Origin: an uncultured Rivularia sp.
Lineage (GTDB): Bacteria > Cyanobacteriota > Cyanobacteriia > Cyanobacteriales > Nostocaceae
Length of the DNA: 64,000 nt
NCBI GenBank assembly: GCA_963665115.1
Contig: OY762007.1
Coordinates: forward strand, 2,720,001-2,784,000
Reading direction: 5' to 3'
Made by a program: the position numbers and the translations under genes. Of this stretch, positions 21,131-31,323 are shown piece after piece (the first letter of the stretch is position 1; the number at the start of each line of letters is the position of its first letter). Below the pieces are notes generated by a model. The model was not told where the DNA came from and did no database searches. It saw only the letters and a list, made by a program, of their open reading frames with translations.

Positions 21131-24100
21131 TCAAGCAGAAGTATTGTCGGTTTTTAACTTAATCCCCAAAACTTGCGTATAAGCTCCACGGGCTTGAGTT
21201 ACTCCGATTGTACGTTCGGCTGATTCTATCATTGGGCGGCGCAAGCTTACAACTATAAATTGTGCTAACTCTGCCTGTTGCTTAATCATTTTAGCTAATC
21301 GTTCTACGTTTGCCCCGTCTAAAAACATATCTACTTCATCAAATGCGTAAAATGGCGATGGGCGATATCTTTGTAAAGCGAAAATAAAGCTTAATGCTGT
21401 TAATGATTTCTCTCCCCCTGACATCGATGCTAAACGCTGTACTGGTTTACCTTTGGGATGCGCGACTAAATTTAAACCGCTGATAAATGGATCTTCTTCG
21501 TTGTCTAATTGTAAGTAACCATCGCCGTCGGAAAGGGTGGCAAAAATTGATTTAAAGTTTTCATTCACAGCGTCAAATGCTTCTTTAAATGCTCTTTGAC
21601 GTAAAGTAGTAAAGTTTTCAATTCTTAATAATAATTCGGTTCGTTCTGCTTCTAATGTTTCTAATTTTTCGGTAAGCTCTGCTAAACGTTGTTGAGTACG
21701 TTCATATTGTTCCAGAGCCAACATATTAACTGGTTCCATTGCTTGTAAACGTTTGGAAAGAGATTTTAATTCTTTTTGTAGCTCTTCTAAATCTACGTTT
21801 TCGGGTACTTCTGGTAAAGGATTTGGTAATTCTGAGGATATTGTTTGTAATTCTGCCAATACTCTATCTAATTCTTCGCGGCGGTTTTGTTGGCTTTCTT
21901 GCAGCTTTTGAACTTCCCATTCCAACTGTTGTTGACGTAATAATAGTTTTCTTAATTCGGCTTCTACTGTATCGCGCTTTTGTTTTTCTTCACCTAAATT
22001 CGCTTCCATTTCCTGGATGCGCTGACGAGTTTCGGTTAGGGCTGCTGTTAATGTTGCTTCTTGCTGTTTGAGACTATCAATTTGATTTTGCTGGTTTAAT
22101 TGCTGTTGCTGATATTCTTCAACTCGTCGTACTCCATCGGCAATTTTTTCTTGCAATACCTGCTGTTGAACTTCGAGATTTTTTAATGTTTCTTGTGTTG
22201 CTCTTAAAGCTGTATCTTGTTGCTGCAACTGCTGCTCTTGACTTTTAATTGTGGCTTGAATTTGCTGCCACTCGCTTGGTGTTTGCGATGCTTCTAATTC
22301 TGCTAATTCATCACGAAAATTTTGTAATTGTTGCTCTTGCGTCGGTAATTCCCTTTCTAATATATCTAAGCGAGATTGAGCGGTATTTAATTTTTGGGTA
22401 TTCTGTGTAAGTTGATTTTTAGCATCTTCTACACGCTTGATTAAACTTTGAACTTCCTTCTGCAACTGCTCGGCTCTTAACTGCTGTTCTCTTTTTCCCT
22501 GGCGAGTTTCGGTAAGTTGAGTAGCTAATCCTTTTGTTCTTTCGGAAAGAGTTGCTATTGCTTCGTTACAGCGCAGTAAAACTCGTTCAATTTCAATCAA
22601 ACGGTTTCTCAAAGCTTTGACTTCTTCCGATTCCGTTGCTTCCACCGTACCAAAACGCAAAGTTGAACGCTGATTAACGCTACCGCCAGTCATTGCGCCG
22701 CTGGTTTCTAATAATTCCCCTTCTAAAGTAACGATGCGAACTTTTCCTAAATGATTTCTGGCTAAATTAATATTTTCAAAAACAACCGTATTTCCGAAAA
22801 CATAAGCAAACACATCATCGTAACGGGCTTCGCAATCGATTAAATTCACCGCATAATCAATAAACCCGTTGGCATATCTTAAATTACCAGATTCATTAAT
22901 GCGCGGCGCTCGAATTTTATTTAAAGGTAGAAAAGTTGCTCTTCCGGCGCGTCTTTGCTTGAGTAACTGAATTCCAGCCGCACCAACGCTGTCATCTTCA
23001 ACAACAATTTGTCCCAAACGTCCGCCAGCAGCAGTTTCCAAAGCTAATTGAAAATTTGGTTCTACTCTTCCCAACTCCGCCACCAAACCACAAACACCAG
23101 GTAAACCCGACTGCAAAATAATTTTACTGGCATGGGTACCTTGAGCTTCCTGTTGAGCTTGAGCTTGTGCTTCCAACTTATCAAGACTTCGCTGTTTATC
23201 CCTTTGCTCTTGCAACAATCGCTTTTGAGTTTGCTGCTGAATTTCTAATTCTTGTTCAGTTGCTGCTAAATTTTCGGCTAAATCTTGAATTGGTGCAACG
23301 CTAGAATTAAATCCAACTTCAAATTGATTAAATTGACTTTGTTTTTCTGCTAACTGCGGCTCTAATTCTGCAACTAACTCATTTTGTTCTTGAATTTGTT
23401 GCTGTAACTGACTATTTCTTTCCCGTAACTGCGCTCTTTCGCTGCGTTGGGGTTCTAAAGTTTGCAGCACAGTTTCGATTTGACGGTTTAAATTCGTTTG
23501 CTGTACCACCCAAGCTTCCGAAGCCGAAGCAATCTCTGCCGCCATTTCGCGAGATTTTTCTAAATTTTGACGCAGTGACTCCCGCTGAGTTTGTAAAGAT
23601 GAGGAATTTTGCGTTTCTGCATTTTTTTGTTGAGTTAATTGAGATACAGAATCTTGATGCTGGTGAATTTCCTGTTGAGTTTGGATTATTTTCACCCCAG
23701 CTTCCGCAATCCCCGCTTGTAACTCACTTTGACGACGCTGCACTTGCTTGCATTCCGCGTCTTGAGTCGCCAAATTCGCCTGTACAGCTAAAAGTTCTTC
23801 CTCACCCAAAGCTTTGACATGAGCATTTAACTCCTCAAGCTCCTTTTGCTTTGATTCAATATCCCGATTAACTGCACCCAACTGCTCGGTGTTTTCAGTA
23901 AATTGGCGATCGCCGTCTTGAATCTGCTTCGACAATCTTTCTTGATGCCCCTGTAAAGTGCGCCATGACAGCACAACTTCCCACTTCTGCTTTTCTAAAA
24001 AATCAACTCGCAATCTTTGATATTTCTCAGCCTTCGCCTTATCTTGAGAAAGCCTTTCGCATTGCGTTGTTAATTCCGTCTCAATAATCCGACAGCTATC

Positions 24101-24865
24101 TTCTTTTTCTTTAACTTCTTCTAAAGTCTTCTTTGCTTGATTAATTTTTCGATCAAAAGCCGCAACCCCCGCCAACTCATCAACAATTTCGCGTCTTTCG
24201 CGAGCCTTCATCGAAATAATATCGGTAACGTCACCTTGCAAAACAACGTTATAACCTTCAGCGTTTATACGGATATTACTTAACTCTTCCTGTAGCTCGC
24301 TTAAATTAGAAGAGATTCCGTTAATGTAATAACTTGATGAATAAGTACCTTGTTTAGTCACCCTTAATCTACGGGTAACGCTCCATTCTGGCTCGCCAAG
24401 TTTTGCGCGGATTTGCTCCCGACGATTTTTAATTTCCTCGTCTTCCTGCTGTTTTTGGGCTTTTTCTTGGGCTTCCTCTTCCGTTTCTTCTACTTCTACA
24501 AAATCTTCCTCAGTTGTGGTTTCTTCAACTTCTTCTACCTCATCAACCACAACAGTAGAAACAATCGGTTCATCATCAAGTTGATCGGAATCATAATCCG
24601 ATAAATCAAACGTCACCGTAACGCTAGCTTCCACAGTAGCGCGAGCTTTCGTGACTTGGTTGGTATTTACCAAATCCGGGAGCCTGTCAGCACGCATACC
24701 TTTAGAACTAGAAAGCCCCAAACAGAACAGCAGCGCATCAAGAATATTTGATTTTCCCGAACCGTTAGGGCCAGAAATCACCGTAAACTCCGGCAGTAAC
24801 GGTACAGAAGTAGTACCGCCGAAAGACTTGAAATTGGTGAGTTCCACGCGCTTAATATGAACCAT
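21131..24865 (-). CDS. smc: Chromosome segregation protein SMC
   Basis: GPNGSGKSN Walker A, coiled coils, hinge GRATFLPL, MSGGEKS signature, FDEVD Walker B. Confidence 0.98.
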   Translation of the reverse strand: MVHIKRVELTNFKSFGGTTSVPLLPEFTVISGPNGSGKSNILDALLFCLGLSSSKGMRADRLPDLVNTNQVTKARATVEASVTVTFDLSDYDSDQLDDEPIVSTVVVDEVEEVEETTTEEDFVEVEETEEEAQEKAQKQQEDEEIKNRREQIRAKLGEPEWSVTRRLRVTKQGTYSSSYYINGISSNLSELQEELSNIRINAEGYNVVLQGDVTDIISMKARERREIVDELAGVAAFDRKINQAKKTLEEVKEKEDSCRIIETELTTQCERLSQDKAKAEKYQRLRVDFLEKQKWEVVLSWRTLQGHQERLSKQIQDGDRQFTENTEQLGAVNRDIESKQKELEELNAHVKALGEEELLAVQANLATQDAECKQVQRRQSELQAGIAEAGVKIIQTQQEIHQHQDSVSQLTQQKNAETQNSSSLQTQRESLRQNLEKSREMAAEIASASEAWVVQQTNLNRQIETVLQTLEPQRSERAQLRERNSQLQQQIQEQNELVAELEPQLAEKQSQFNQFEVGFNSSVAPIQDLAENLAATEQELEIQQQTQKRLLQEQRDKQRSLDKLEAQAQAQQEAQGTHASKIILQSGLPGVCGLVAELGRVEPNFQLALETAAGGRLGQIVVEDDSVGAAGIQLLKQRRAGRATFLPLNKIRAPRINESGNLRYANGFIDYAVNLIDCEARYDDVFAYVFGNTVVFENINLARNHLGKVRIVTLEGELLETSGAMTGGSVNQRSTLRFGTVEATESEEVKALRNRLIEIERVLLRCNEAIATLSERTKGLATQLTETRQGKREQQLRAEQLQKEVQSLIKRVEDAKNQLTQNTQKLNTAQSRLDILERELPTQEQQLQNFRDELAELEASQTPSEWQQIQATIKSQEQQLQQQDTALRATQETLKNLEVQQQVLQEKIADGVRRVEEYQQQQLNQQNQIDSLKQQEATLTAALTETRQRIQEMEANLGEEKQKRDTVEAELRKLLLRQQQLEWEVQKLQESQQNRREELDRVLAELQTISSELPNPLPEVPENVDLEELQKELKSLSKRLQAMEPVNMLALEQYERTQQRLAELTEKLETLEAERTELLLRIENFTTLRQRAFKEAFDAVNENFKSIFATLSDGDGYLQLDNEEDPFISGLNLVAHPKGKPVQRLASMSGGEKSLTALSFIFALQRYRPSPFYAFDEVDMFLDGANVERLAKMIKQQAELAQFIVVSLRRPMIESAERTIGVTQARGAYTQVLGIKLKTDNTSA

Positions 24866-25138
24866 AGGCGCAGGTTAATTTCTAGGGTTGAACGTTCAAG
24901 TGTACCAGTGAAAGACCCATTAGAGTTAGGGAATTGAAATTATTGAAACACACAATACATCAGATGTAGATACCTATTTAACAAAATATATTGTAGCGAC
25001 ACCCAGAATATACGGGAAATTATATGTATCTTTAAATGAGTTAACAATGTTAGCGTTAGCGGCTAGCGAAGCGTACCTATTTGTATTACGTGTCCGTTGC
25101 CGAAGGGCTATTAGGACATAGCCTGTCCCGTTAGCGGC

Positions 25139-25631
25139 TAGTACTTGCCCACAATAATTCTGCTGGGTTCCGGGAGTGCGAGCGGGAAAGCTCGCTGATT
25201 GTCACGAGGGAGCGTCTCGCTCCCTGTTGGAAGCTAGCGAGCAAGATGCTCGCACTCCTCGAACCCCGCAGAATTATCGTGGTTGGGTACTAGTAGTCCT
25301 TTTCATTAGTTTTAATGGGTTGTAGAGACGTAGCAGTGCTACGTCTCCCGACGTTAGGTCGAAAACGTACCCCTCAGAATTTATGCAAAGGACTACTAGT
25401 ACTTCACCACATTAATTATGCCGGGTAATCAAAATGTAGTGGGAGCGTCTCGCTCCCTGTTGGAAGCTAGCGAGCAAGATGCTCGCACTCCTCGAACCCC
25501 GCAAAATTATCGTGGTTGGGTACTAGTAGTCCTTTTCATTAGTTTTAATGGGTTGTAGAGACGTAGCAGTGCTACGTCTCCCGACGTTAGGTCGAAAACG
25601 AACCCCTCAGAATTTATGAAAAGGACTACTA
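25139..25631. mobile_element. Tandem train of four TIR-bounded MITE-like cassettes (A-B-A-B) joined by shared TA
   Basis: Units 25141-25290, 25293-25396, 25399-25523 and 25526-25629; each starts GTA, ends TAC and has ~28-bp imperfect TIRs; units 2 and 4 are near-identical 104-mers. Confidence 0.8.
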
Positions 25632-25676
25632 GTAACTGAATAATTGCGAACAGTTTTTGCTTTTTCCACCGCTCAT

Positions 25677-25972
25677 ATGTTCAATCATCCTCTTTTTCAA
25701 GCTTCATGCGGTGCTTTGTTAGCTGCTGCTGTTGGATATTTAATCAATCAGTTACCTGCAATCAAAGCATTTCCTGGTAAAAACACTTTAGTTGTGAAAC
25801 TGACGATTGAAGCTGTTGTCTTGGAAGGAATTTACAGTTTGTAGAATACGACAGAAAACAAAAGCCATGAATTACAAGTTTTGCTTGCAACCGTCTATGC
25901 TTTAACTTTGGTGCTTTTGATTTGGCATACATTCAAACTAATTTGGATGCTCAAAAAAAACCACCGTAGATA
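25677..25972 (+). pseudogene. Small membrane protein interrupted by an in-frame TAG (25842-25844)
   Basis: MFNHPLFQASCGALL...GIYSL* continues in frame as NTTENKSHELQVLLATVYALTLVLLIWH... Confidence 0.45.
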
Positions 25973-26470
25973 ATAGCAGCAATGATAATACTACAACACA
26001 ATTAAAATCCTCGGACGATTGGCGGCGAGAATTATTAAAAGTAATGAAGATTGATGTCGAAACCCGGTTAAATGACTCGCTTTATGATGGAAAAATAATT
26101 CGCGTAGGTACAGAAGATAGAGAATATTCTGTTGGGAGAAATTCTGTAAATGCTTCGACAAGCAGGTTTTACAGAAGTACCAGGTAAAGAAAGCCAAAGT
26201 AAATAATAATACAAATTAATTTTTAATACTTATGACTAAAGTAATAAATCTAAAATACTTAATATAAAACCCCTACAATATACAAATATTTTCTTCTAAA
26301 ATATAAATAGGTCAAAGTAGATTAATTTCAAAATACCTATATCTTGCATTAGTCGATAAAAACTGATTTCATATTTCAATTGATTTTGCTAGCGAGAAAA
26401 TCACTGCTCGTATTAAATGCAAGATATCAAAAGACAATTTCCCAACAAGTTATCAATAAAAGGTGTAAAT

Positions 26471-26860
26471 ATGATGAATAAATTGATCAAACGAGCGTTT
26501 TTACCCAGCTTATTAGCTACAGGCATATTTAGCGCGACTTTAATACCAGCACAACCTGCTGCTGCTGACGATTTATTAGAAGATGCGGCGATTGGTGCTG
26601 CTGCTGGGGCTGTTACCGGAATTATTACTAACAACGATTCCGTTCTAACTAACGCTGTAAACGGTGCTGCTGCTGGTGCTGCCGTTAATGCTGCGAATAG
26701 CGGTAGAAGAAAGAGAAGTCGTAATATTCTTCAAGATGTGGGAGCAGGTGCGGCAGGTGGTACCGTCGCAGGTGAAATTACCAACCGCGATAATACTGTT
26801 AGTAACACTATAAATGGTGCTGCTGCGGGTGCGGCGATTCATATTATCAAAGGGAAATAG
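26471..26860 (+). CDS. Secreted glycine-zipper-like protein
   Basis: Signal peptide ending PAAA|DD; repeated GAAAGA motifs; SD-like aaggtg before ATG at 26471. Confidence 0.75.
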   Translation: MMNKLIKRAFLPSLLATGIFSATLIPAQPAAADDLLEDAAIGAAAGAVTGIITNNDSVLTNAVNGAAAGAAVNAANSGRRKRSRNILQDVGAGAAGGTVAGEITNRDNTVSNTINGAAAGAAIHIIKGK

Positions 26861-27118
26861 GGCATGGGGGATTGGGCATGGGGGATTGGGCATGGGGAAT
26901 AGGTAATAAGTAATAGGTAATTGGAAGTAAGTTATTTTTCTCCTTGTCTCCCCATCTCCCTCAAATGCCCCATCCCCAATTCCAAATCTTCAATTTGTTT
27001 GCTTTAACTACAGCTTATCTTTCCATAAAACTTCACTTAACCTATCGAACTGCATAGATCGGGTATTCTACTTAATAACGGCGAATCATTTGTTACAGTA
27101 AGCGCTTACCTGAGTAAA

Positions 27119-27772
27119 ATGACCAGACTATTTGATATCTTCTTGGCAGGGGGTTTTATGATGCTTCCTCTGCTAATTTTGTCTGTTATAACGTTGGCTT
27201 ACGCAATGCAGCGCGTTTGGTTTTGGTTGAAGTTAACTGTGCAAGAAAAACAGGTAGTGCAGGATGTGTTAACGGTAGCACAGTACGATTTAGAGAAAGC
27301 AGAAGAAATGGCCAGGGGTGCTGAAGATTTGGCGATGGGGCGTTTTCTTGCTACACCGTTAAAACTAAATAATCCAACTCCAGAGAATTTTTATTTAGCA
27401 GTACAAGCAGCAGCAGATAGGGAATTAGTTGATGTCGGGGGAAATAACAAGCTGTTGGAAAGCGTAGTTGTTATTGCGCCATTGTTGGGTCTTTTGGGTA
27501 CTGCTGGTGGTTTAATTACTACTTTTCTAACTTTGAAAAATGGTGGTGCAGATAGTGCAAATAGTGCTGGAGTCGCAAATTTGATCTTGCAAGCATTGAT
27601 TAGCAGTGCGGCAGGAATAGCGGTAGCTATTTTGGCTTATGTTTGTTTCCGGCTTTTTGTAATATTGCGTGCGCGTCGCGTGGATTATTTTTCTACGGTG
27701 GGTAATCAATTAGAGTTGATTTATTTGCATCTTTGGAGTGATTCGGTTCAAGATGCCAAAATCGGCGAATAA
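27119..27772 (+). CDS. MotA/TolQ/ExbB proton channel family protein
   Basis: GGFMMLPL and APLLGLLGT; conserved TM3 ALxxTA appears as ALISSA. Confidence 0.85.
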   Translation: MTRLFDIFLAGGFMMLPLLILSVITLAYAMQRVWFWLKLTVQEKQVVQDVLTVAQYDLEKAEEMARGAEDLAMGRFLATPLKLNNPTPENFYLAVQAAADRELVDVGGNNKLLESVVVIAPLLGLLGTAGGLITTFLTLKNGGADSANSAGVANLILQALISSAAGIAVAILAYVCFRLFVILRARRVDYFSTVGNQLELIYLHLWSDSVQDAKIGE

Positions 27773-27804
27773 TATGGCGTATCTGCACTATTAAAATATC
27801 CCAT

Positions 27805-28165
27805 GTGACACACTCCCACACTTGCAGCAAGCAGTAAGTGTGGGCTTTTCAGCGACTCCAGCTATTGCTTCGGACGTTAACTGAGCTTTAAGAACGGGAT
27901 GCCCCACCGCCCTATTTTTTATATTCAGATCTGGATTATGCGGCCCTAAGCTACATCCGCAACTAAGACAATTGTGCCAGCGTTCATGCAACCTTTTAGG
28001 AACTTTCACGCCGCAATCAGAGCAATCTTAACTCGTGCCAGACGCTTTAACCGGGATAACCAACAAACCAGCATTTAAGGCTAAAGCCTCGCTCCGCTAA
28101 CGGCTTTGTTTGTTAGTATCGTCAGAAAACTTGACCATCCAGCATCGAGTACAGACTTTGCGAAT
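27805..28165 (-). pseudogene. tnpB: IS200/IS605-family tnpB 3' remnant with right end
   Basis: [19 protein letters not shown]...GTS*DCSDCG...WHNCLSCG...LNIKNRAVGH (RuvC/Zn-ribbon), with a stop and indels; ends in ...GTGTCAC. Confidence 0.8.
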
Positions 28166-28429
28166 AAAGTATGAAAAATGATTTTGTTTCAAAAGGTAGG
28201 TCGGTTAGCCTTAGTGAATAAGTTGATCAAACCTGAACCTATATATAAATAACAAAGGAATATTGGCAATTTATTGCTGAATATCTGTTTAATAAACAGG
28301 TATGACTTAATACAGAGAATAAAACCTTTGTCAATGGGTAAGTCCTAGAGGTCAATTGAAACTACATAAGTTCAAAACGTTGATTTCTATTAATTACTAG
28401 TTCAAACCTAAATATAAAGGAAAAAAAGA

Positions 28430-28813
28430 ATGTCTAACGTCTTTAACACAAGACTAACTACTGTAGCGCTTTTAGCATTGACTTCTGTTGCTGGAGCTAT
28501 GCTAACTATTTCAGATGTATCTGCACAATCTCGTAGTTCACGAGGTGGTGTAAAAGACGTAACATTACAAGATAGAGATGGAAATAAAAGACGCTCATTT
28601 AGGAGTAATAACGGTATAGCAGATCTCAGTAAAGTTGGTTTTGACAATAGAGCTGATTTTGTTCAAATTAATGATAGTAAACCCTGGAGGTTCTATACTG
28701 GAAAAAACTTCACAGGTAGATATACTGTGGTCAAACCCCAATCGGCAAGACTTCTTGGTAGGTTTGCTAATAAAGTTTCGTCTTTCTGTTCTGTGCCAAA
28801 ATGTCCTAAGTAG
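28430..28813 (+). CDS. Secreted beta/gamma-crystallin domain protein
   Basis: Signal peptide; GFDNRA...WRFYTGKNFTG...NKVSS Greek-key motifs. Confidence 0.75.
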   Translation: MSNVFNTRLTTVALLALTSVAGAMLTISDVSAQSRSSRGGVKDVTLQDRDGNKRRSFRSNNGIADLSKVGFDNRADFVQINDSKPWRFYTGKNFTGRYTVVKPQSARLLGRFANKVSSFCSVPKCPK

Positions 28814-29076
28814 TTAAACATAATTAATTGGCGTAAAGATTTCAATTAATCCTCGATCGTCCGAAACTGATGCTTTGATACAGTGAGTAAAAAAAGGAAA
28901 ACGGTATGGTATACATAGCAAGCGTGCCTTTTAATCCCATTTGTAGATTTGTAGAAACAAAAACCTTTTGACTTCTTACTAGCAAAAGTACAAGAATAAA
29001 GCTGTAATCTAATAGAAAAAAAGACGTTGCATTGCAACGTCTCTAGATTATTATTACCTATAAAATCAATTACAAA

Positions 29077-30892
29077 TTAAGCAGGAAAATCTTTCAAGGC
29101 TAGAATGATTGCCCCTTTACCTTCTTCTGTCGGTACAATAGAAATATATTTGGTAAATTCACCTTTTTTGACTTTATACAAAAACCCAGAAACTTCTCGA
29201 TCGACTTGAGATGTTTCAAAACCTTCTGACTCTAGCTTACTTTTAACAAGTAAAGCTAATTTATCGGGAGTGTTGTTTGTATCTTTCCCGAAGATTTTTT
29301 CTATTTCAGAAGTTGTTGCAAAATCCTTTTCTTCCATCCAACCAAGTTGAGCGTAAAGATTTTGGAATGTTGCATCAAACGTTTGTTCTTCAGTTTTAGG
29401 GTTAGGCTTTTCTGGCTGAGTTTCACTACTCAATCTGTAGCAGTCAACTCGTTGGGAAGATAAAAGAATCATCGTACCCTTTTCTTCAACTGCAAAAAGC
29501 TGCAAATATTGAGTCAGATTTCCTTTGGTAACTTGATAAACCTTTGTATCAGGGCGGTTGGTGAGTTTTTCTACTTGGAAATCTGTACCTGCCAACTTCT
29601 TCTCGAAATAAGCTTGAACTGAATCTAACGGATCGGATGTAACTCTAGTACGTCTATCTATTCTTGCGCTTTTTACTCCACAAAAATTAGGTTTAACGCT
29701 AAGGTAATTGGGAAAGTTCGCAAATGGATCTACGGGACGAGTTTGAGGTTTATTTTCTGTTTCAGATGGAGTTTCTTCTGGATCTAATTTGGGTTCTGTA
29801 TCGGTAGAGTCTGGTTCGGTTACTTCTTCAGATTCATCAATTGGTTCGGATACCGTTACTTCTTCAGGTTCATCAATTGGTTCTGATACCGTTACTTCTT
29901 TAGGTTCATCAATTGGTTCGGATACCGTTACTTCTTCAGGTTCATCAATTGGTTCGGATACCGTTACTTCTTCAGGTTCATCAATTGGTTCGGAAGGTGT
30001 AAAAGCAATCTCTAGCTCCGATTCAGGTTCACCTAAAGGTAAGTCATCGGTTGGAGTTGGTAATTCTTCTGATAAGATATCATCTTCACTTGGGGAAAAA
30101 TCATCAGTAGGTGCTGGTATTTCATTTGTAGCAGCACCTGAATCATCTAAAGAGTCACCTGAAGCTAAATCGGGAATTGCATCTTCTCCATCACCAATTT
30201 CTTCACCGCTGGTTCCTTCTAAATCGCTAATCAAAGGTGTTCCTTTGAGTACTTTTACACTTTTCCCATTTGCTAAGGCATCATCTTCGCACAGTTTCTT
30301 TATTTGGATTAGGAGTTGCATTTTCTCCTTCTGTAATCTCTTCATCTAAAGATTCCCCTACTCCACCTAGAATTTCTTCACTTAAAGCTTCCTCCGCTCC
30401 TTCATCAAGAGCAGCATCTTCACTTAAAGAATCTGCACCTTCACTAAGAGCAGCATCTTCACTTAAAGAATCTGCACCTTCACTAAGAGCAGCATCTTCA
30501 CCTAAAGAATCTGCACCTTCACTAAGAGCAGCATCTTCACCTAAAGAATCTACACCTTCACTAAGAGCAGCATCTTCACTTAAAGAATCTGCACCTTCAT
30601 CAAGAGCAGCATCTTCACTTAAAGAATCTGCACCTTCATCAAGAGCAGCATCTTCACTTAAAGAATCTGCACCTTCATCAAAAGCAGTATCTTCATCGCA
30701 AATATCTTTTGACACTTTTGTTGTGTCTTCATCTAGAGAATTGGCGCTTTTTATTAATTCTCCATCCGCAGAATTAGAAGGTATCGGTACTACAAATAAC
30801 ACACTATGCAATGCTGCTGAAGCAAATAACATCGGTGGAGAAATTTGTCGTAATGGAACGAACAAATTATTCAGAAGATATGACTTAATCAT
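29077..30892 (-). CDS. TonB-like single-pass protein with long acidic repeat linker; one apparent frameshift (30295-30297)
   Basis: N-terminal TM with SxxxH (SAALH); removing one A merges the two ORFs into 604 aa. Confidence 0.55.
29820..29995 (-). repeat. 36-bp coding tandem repeat (EPIDEPEEVTVS, about 5 copies)
   Basis: Direct repeats of ggttcatcaattggttcggataccgttacttcttca. Confidence 0.9.
30405..30695 (-). repeat. 39-bp coding tandem repeat (EGADSLSEDAAL[S/D], about 7 copies)
   Basis: Direct repeats of aagagcagcatcttcacttaaagaatctgcaccttca. Confidence 0.9.
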
Positions 30893-31197
30893 GTATTTGG
30901 CTCTGAGAATCTGGATTACACTTCGGCCAACAAATATTCAATAATAGACAGATGCACAGAGCGAAACCAAACAATTATTTTGCAGCATAAAGCCTGAATT
31001 ATCAAGCTCAGATTTTCATGTTTTATACTTTTTCGCTACTAATTAATAGCTTTCTGTCTATCTATAGTAGCATTTATCGATTAAATTATTGTTTTTTTTG
31101 CTTACAATCGCTAACTTAATACTAGATTATTTCACTACATTTTATATCCATCAAGTATTTTAAATATGTTCTAATAAAATAATAATTAGTATTACCT

Positions 31198-31227
31198 AAA
31201 AACCATATTTTAATCATATTTTAAAGT
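31198..31227 (+). promoter_or_regulatory. Possible Pho (SphR) box
   Basis: 11-bp-periodic YTTAAYY-like repeats (aaaaacca / tttaatca / tttaaagt) upstream of pstS; degenerate match. Confidence 0.35.
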
Positions 31228-31323
31228 TTTATTGCTGCCTTCTTTAACAGTTCTTAACTGGTAAAAGGGTAGGGTATTTGTGGTAGGAGCCTCGCGTAGA
31301 ACATCCCCACAAATCGAGACACT

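Noticed and set aside
24400..24600. Acidic insertion in the SMC head as an intein or novel domain
   Set aside because: Low-complexity Glu-rich loop without intein motifs (no N-terminal Cys/Ser block or C-terminal His-Asn).
25139..25631. Possible CRISPR array
   Set aside because: Units are TIR-bounded 104-150 bp elements with repeated rather than unique interiors; no constant direct repeat with spacers and no cas genes.
27791..28009. 72-aa ORF as a functional small protein
   Set aside because: It is the decayed C-terminus of TnpB.
29789..30944. Plus-strand Ser-rich ORFs (186 and 224 aa)
   Set aside because: Antisense shadows of the acidic tandem repeats in the minus-strand gene.
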